A model generated the notes under the pieces. The model made no database searches and was not told the DNA's origin. It saw only the letters and a list, made by a program, of their open reading frames with translations. A stretch of 64,000 nucleotides of DNA. Origin: Promethearchaeota archaeon. GTDB taxonomy: Archaea > Asgardarchaeota > Lokiarchaeia > Sigyniarchaeales > SOKP01. Shown in pieces: positions 60,495-64,000 of this stretch. Numbering within the stretch: the first letter of the stretch is position 1; every line of letters starts with the position of its first letter. The stretch covers positions 320,001 through 384,000 of the forward strand of contig JAEOUA010000006.1 of assembly GCA_016839555.1 (NCBI GenBank), written 5' to 3'. The translations under genes were made by a program, and so were the position numbers.

Positions 60495-60845
60495 TTTATT
60501 TTTTTCTATATTCTTTTTTTATATGATATATTAACGTGATTTATTAAGTTTAAAAATATTAAAAAAACTTTAGGTTTAAAGTTTTTTAAAATATAAGAAT
60601 TGGATATTTATCATTTTATATTAATTTTCATTAAAAAAGCATTATTCTCAATCATCAATTTATTGAACTACAAAAGAAAAATATGTAATAAATTATTTTT
60701 GGTATAATCTATTTTAATAAATTAAACTTAATTTAATTAAAACTAATTAATAATAATTTCCAATCTTTTTTATTCTGATTAATTTGATGAAATTTAAAAA
60801 GCATAAAATAATTAGATAGTAAATTAAGTTTTTGGGTAAAATAAT

Positions 60846-62396
60846 TTGAAAATTCTTTATATCAATCCAGCAAGAATACGAGCGGGCTTAGATTTCGTGA
60901 TTAAGGGACAGCCTTTAAATTTAATGTCAATAGCGGCGATGGTCCCAGAGCATGATGCGAAATTAATTGATTTTAAGGTTCAAAAATATGATGAAAATCA
61001 ATTAAAGAGAGAATGTAATCGACATGATGTTGTTGCTCTAACAAGCATGACTCCACAAATATATGGGGCATTAGAAAATGCGAAAATAGCAAAAGAGCAA
61101 GGATGTACAACCATTATAGGGGGGTATCATCCAACTTTAGATCCCGAATTTGTAACGAAAAATTCTTCCATTGATTATGTGATAAGAGGAGAAGGGGAAC
61201 ATACCTTTCGGGAATTAATTGATTTTCTTGACGGGGATAAGGAAAACATTTCATTGAAGGAGATAAAAGGAGTATCATATAAAAATGACCAAGAAAAAAT
61301 CATACATAATGAAAAACGCCCGTTAGAACCTAATTTAGATAATTTCCCCATGCCAAGACGGGACCTTATAAATTATAAGGATTATTTATATTTAGGGGCG
61401 AGAGTAGCCTCAGTAGAGAGTTCAAGAGGATGTCCACATTCATGTAAATTTTGCTGTATCCATAAAATGTGGAATGACCATAAGCTTTCTTATAGAACAA
61501 AGAGCATAAAGAGGATTATGCAAGAGATATATGACGTGAATTGGAACAACGATTTTATATTCTTCTGCGAGGATAATTTCACAATTAACGTAAAGCGAAC
61601 TAAAAAGATTCTTAATACCATTATTAGGTCTGGTATTCACCATAAGATGTTATTTAGCTGCCAATCTAGAGTGGATACCCTCTATAGGCATCCAGAAATT
61701 ATTGATTTAATGGATAAAGCAGAAATAAGGCAGGTATTTCTTGGTATTGAATCTGTTCATCAACAAAGCTTAGATGCCATGAATAAAAGAAATACTAATC
61801 CAAAAATGACTCGTAAAGTGGTAAATATGCTTCAAGATCGGGGGATTTCTATATTCGGTGGAGTGATTATAGGTTATCCAGGAGAAACTAAGAAAATGGT
61901 CCGACAAACTATCCAATATACGAAATCTCTGAATTTAACCTGTGTACAATTTACACCAATTACAGCCTTTCCAGGAACGGAATTTTATGAAGAAATGAAA
62001 GCACAAGGAAAAATTGTAAGTAATAATTATAGAAGATACAATCTATTTCACTCCATGATGAGAACAGATGAATTAACCGCAGAAGAAATGTATAACTTAG
62101 TAGTTGAAGCATATGCATCTTATTATTTAAGCGGAGAATGGTTAAGATTAGTCACTCTTAGATATGCGAATCCACTTGGTAAATTTAATTGGATGGGACA
62201 TAATGTTCCTAGATTTGTAAAACAGACGATGAAGAACGGATGGGCAATGCTTCGCACACAGGGAATAGAAACTTCAAAAGTCTCACCAGAATTAAGGCAA
62301 ATCGAAAAGAACGCAAAAAGTGCAAAAAAGAAGACAGGTGAAATCTTCAAAATTGAAAATCAAATAGAGCCCTTAGTCATTGAAAAACAAATTTAA
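60846..62396 (+). CDS. Cobalamin-binding radical SAM protein
   Basis: N-terminal B12-binding domain (IIGGYHPT, IRGEGE); SRGCPHSCKFC; GIES; TAFPGT. Confidence 0.9.
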   Translation: MKILYINPARIRAGLDFVIKGQPLNLMSIAAMVPEHDAKLIDFKVQKYDENQLKRECNRHDVVALTSMTPQIYGALENAKIAKEQGCTTIIGGYHPTLDPEFVTKNSSIDYVIRGEGEHTFRELIDFLDGDKENISLKEIKGVSYKNDQEKIIHNEKRPLEPNLDNFPMPRRDLINYKDYLYLGARVASVESSRGCPHSCKFCCIHKMWNDHKLSYRTKSIKRIMQEIYDVNWNNDFIFFCEDNFTINVKRTKKILNTIIRSGIHHKMLFSCQSRVDTLYRHPEIIDLMDKAEIRQVFLGIESVHQQSLDAMNKRNTNPKMTRKVVNMLQDRGISIFGGVIIGYPGETKKMVRQTIQYTKSLNLTCVQFTPITAFPGTEFYEEMKAQGKIVSNNYRRYNLFHSMMRTDELTAEEMYNLVVEAYASYYLSGEWLRLVTLRYANPLGKFNWMGHNVPRFVKQTMKNGWAMLRTQGIETSKVSPELRQIEKNAKSAKKKTGEIFKIENQIEPLVIEKQI

Positions 62397-62500
62397 TTTA
62401 ATATATTTAATTTTTTTAAGAAAATATTATTACTTGCCGAAAAATTATTAAAATTTACCAAAATTGATAAAAAGAAGAAACTTATTTTGGATTTAAGAGA

Positions 62501-63283
62501 TTATTTCAAATCTTCAATAATTAATTGAGCAACCTTCTCTCCGGATAAAAGCATCCCACCAAATATAGGTCCCATACGCTGTCCTCCAGACGCAGCATTC
62601 GCAGCCATACCCGCAACGTACACTCCCGGATATATTTCTTTAGTTGTATCTAATAACATCTTTTCTCCAATTTCCGCATTCATAGACCGCTCTCCTTCAA
62701 TTGTTCCAGAAGGAGTATTAAGCTTTGCATTCGGGACCTTTTTTAACACCACATTCACCACGTCGAGATCATGCCCTGTCGCGTCCAATACACATTTACT
62801 TTCAAATGTCAAGGGATCGATATGCAGTCCCGCTATCTCCACGGCTTTCCAATTCACTACTGCCCCAATAACTTTATTATTATTATCTATTTTAACATCT
62901 TCAACGCAAATTAAGTTGAAGATTTTTACTCCAGAATCAATAGCTTTAGCTGTTAGTTTACCCACGGATTCTATGGCATCTGCGACATAATAATTTGGCT
63001 CAAATTCTGTGGTTTTTATATTATATGAGTCCAAAATTCTTTTTGCTTCGCTCTGTACCACGATTTTATTAAACATCATGCCTCCTCCAAGCATCCCACC
63101 GCCTATAGAAAGTTTACTTTCAAAAATAATTGTTTTTAGCCCAGATTCTGCTAAATAATTGGAGGCAACTAAGCCTGCAGGACCTGCTCCCGCAATAATG
63201 ACGTCTGTACGGAGATTATCAATAAATTCTTCCATATATGTTTTAACAATAGCTTTCGTTATGAGCGTTTCATCTAAAGGCAT
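62501..63283 (-). CDS. thi4: Sulfide-dependent adenosine diphosphate thiazole synthase
   Basis: GAGPAGL, GGGMLGGGMMF, GLHIDP (His rather than sacrificial Cys), DATGHD, RMGPIFGGMLLSG. Confidence 0.93.
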   Translation of the reverse strand: MPLDETLITKAIVKTYMEEFIDNLRTDVIIAGAGPAGLVASNYLAESGLKTIIFESKLSIGGGMLGGGMMFNKIVVQSEAKRILDSYNIKTTEFEPNYYVADAIESVGKLTAKAIDSGVKIFNLICVEDVKIDNNNKVIGAVVNWKAVEIAGLHIDPLTFESKCVLDATGHDLDVVNVVLKKVPNAKLNTPSGTIEGERSMNAEIGEKMLLDTTKEIYPGVYVAGMAANAASGGQRMGPIFGGMLLSGEKVAQLIIEDLK

Positions 63284-63420
63284 ACTAAAATCACATTTTT
63301 TTTTCTACTTTAATTTATTGAAATAATTCTTACATTAAATAATAAAGAAAGCTAAAAAAAGAGAGTTATTAAAAAAGTATAAAACATATATTTTTAAAAT
63401 AAAAATTTTTTTCTTTAATA

Positions 63421-63624
63421 ATGAACTCAAAGCAATCGGAACCAACTATAAGTGAAGAAACTAAAAAAACCATATTCGAACTAATCTCTACACCAGGAAT
63501 AGAGATTGAAGATATCGTAGAAAAAGTGGGACTTGATTACGAAACCATAATGGATTTTTTATCAAATGAATATTTAAAAAACGATTTAGCTCACGGTAGA
63601 CGGCTCTGTTGTAGATTTTCATAA
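63421..63624 (+). CDS. Small hypothetical protein with HTH-like segment and C-terminal CC
   Basis: PGIEIEDIVEKVGLDYETIMDFL...HGRRLCCRFS. Confidence 0.55.
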   Translation: MNSKQSEPTISEETKKTIFELISTPGIEIEDIVEKVGLDYETIMDFLSNEYLKNDLAHGRRLCCRFS

Positions 63625-63729
63625 TCTTATTTTTATTTATACTTTTTTAATCATCTATGCGAAATTTTGAATTAAAGATTATATTATAGGTCTTTATAAA
63701 AAGTTATGAGTGTAGATTTTCCTAAACTT

Positions 63730-64000
63730 TTAAGATCTAAAATTTTTATCATCTAAAAAATTAGATAATTTACTTAAACACGAATCACAGTATTCTACTG
63801 GTTTTTCATCAGTTTCCCCTAAATGGTTCGAAAACCTCATGATACAATAATTTTTACAATGTCTCAACCCAAAAGTATGCCCCAATTCATGAACAGCTTC
63901 CTTTAGTGTTCTTGATTTAAATAATTCTTCATTGCTTTCATAATTATAAAATTCTTGTCTTAAGCGAGTTACTGAAATAATACATGTGCCATAAAATTTT
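63730..64000 (-). CDS. Archaemetzincin (zinc metalloprotease), 3' part
   Basis: Manual translation: ...IISVTRLRQEFY...RTLKEAVHELGHTFGLRHCKNYCIMRFSN...TDEKPVEYCDSC..., giving HExxHxxGxxHC plus the Cys-rich motif; not in the ORF track. Confidence 0.88.
   Translation of the reverse strand, partial: KFYGTCIISVTRLRQEFYNYESNEELFKSRTLKEAVHELGHTFGLRHCKNYCIMRFSNHLGETDEKPVEYCDSCLSKLSNFLDDKNFRS

Noticed and set aside
1310-62350. Many short ORFs antisense to or nested in long genes (e.g. 9099-9422, 14058-15931 set, 22388-22753, 43732-44205, 46402-46896)
   Set aside because: They are shadows of well-supported genes on another frame or strand and carry no motifs.
1-64000. Selenocysteine recoding or SECIS elements
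   Set aside because: The TGA-terminated genes I checked end where their families normally end; I saw no in-frame TGA at a catalytic Cys position.
1-64000. CRISPR arrays, tRNA/rRNA genes, transposases, integrases
   Set aside because: I saw no periodic repeats, GC-rich structured RNA segments or recombinase motifs by eye; a covariance-model search could still find small RNAs.

Overview
AT-rich archaeal chromosomal segment, most consistent with an Asgard archaeon of the Lokiarchaeia type. This assignment is an inference from archaeal ether-lipid genes, archaeal uS2, MptD/MptG, Thi4, a gelsolin-like domain and many membrane zinc-ribbon proteins. About 60 CDSs cover housekeeping and cofactor metabolism: pterin C1-carrier synthesis, ether lipids, the shikimate pathway, ilvD, leuCD/hacAB, feoAAB, catalase, larE, cooC, tmk, adk and thi4. 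I saw no rRNA, tRNA, CRISPR array or IS element. The best candidate for an undescribed system is a four-gene module at 12288-17905: a non-PFL glycyl radical enzyme, its ferredoxin-containing activase, a tandem PNPOx-like split-barrel protein, and a divergent regulator joining a winged-helix domain to a degenerate methyltransferase fold. Other highlights are a gelsolin-like fusion and an unlisted 45-aa highly basic ORF inside the lipid cluster, a membrane-anchored HerA/VirB4-type ATPase with a head-to-head membrane partner, and tandem LITAF-like proteins. There are also paired palindromes upstream of both feoA genes, an A11 frameshift in a phosphodiesterase gene, an in-frame TAG in a DUF998 gene and several gene remnants. 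Family calls come from motif recognition only; no database searches were run.
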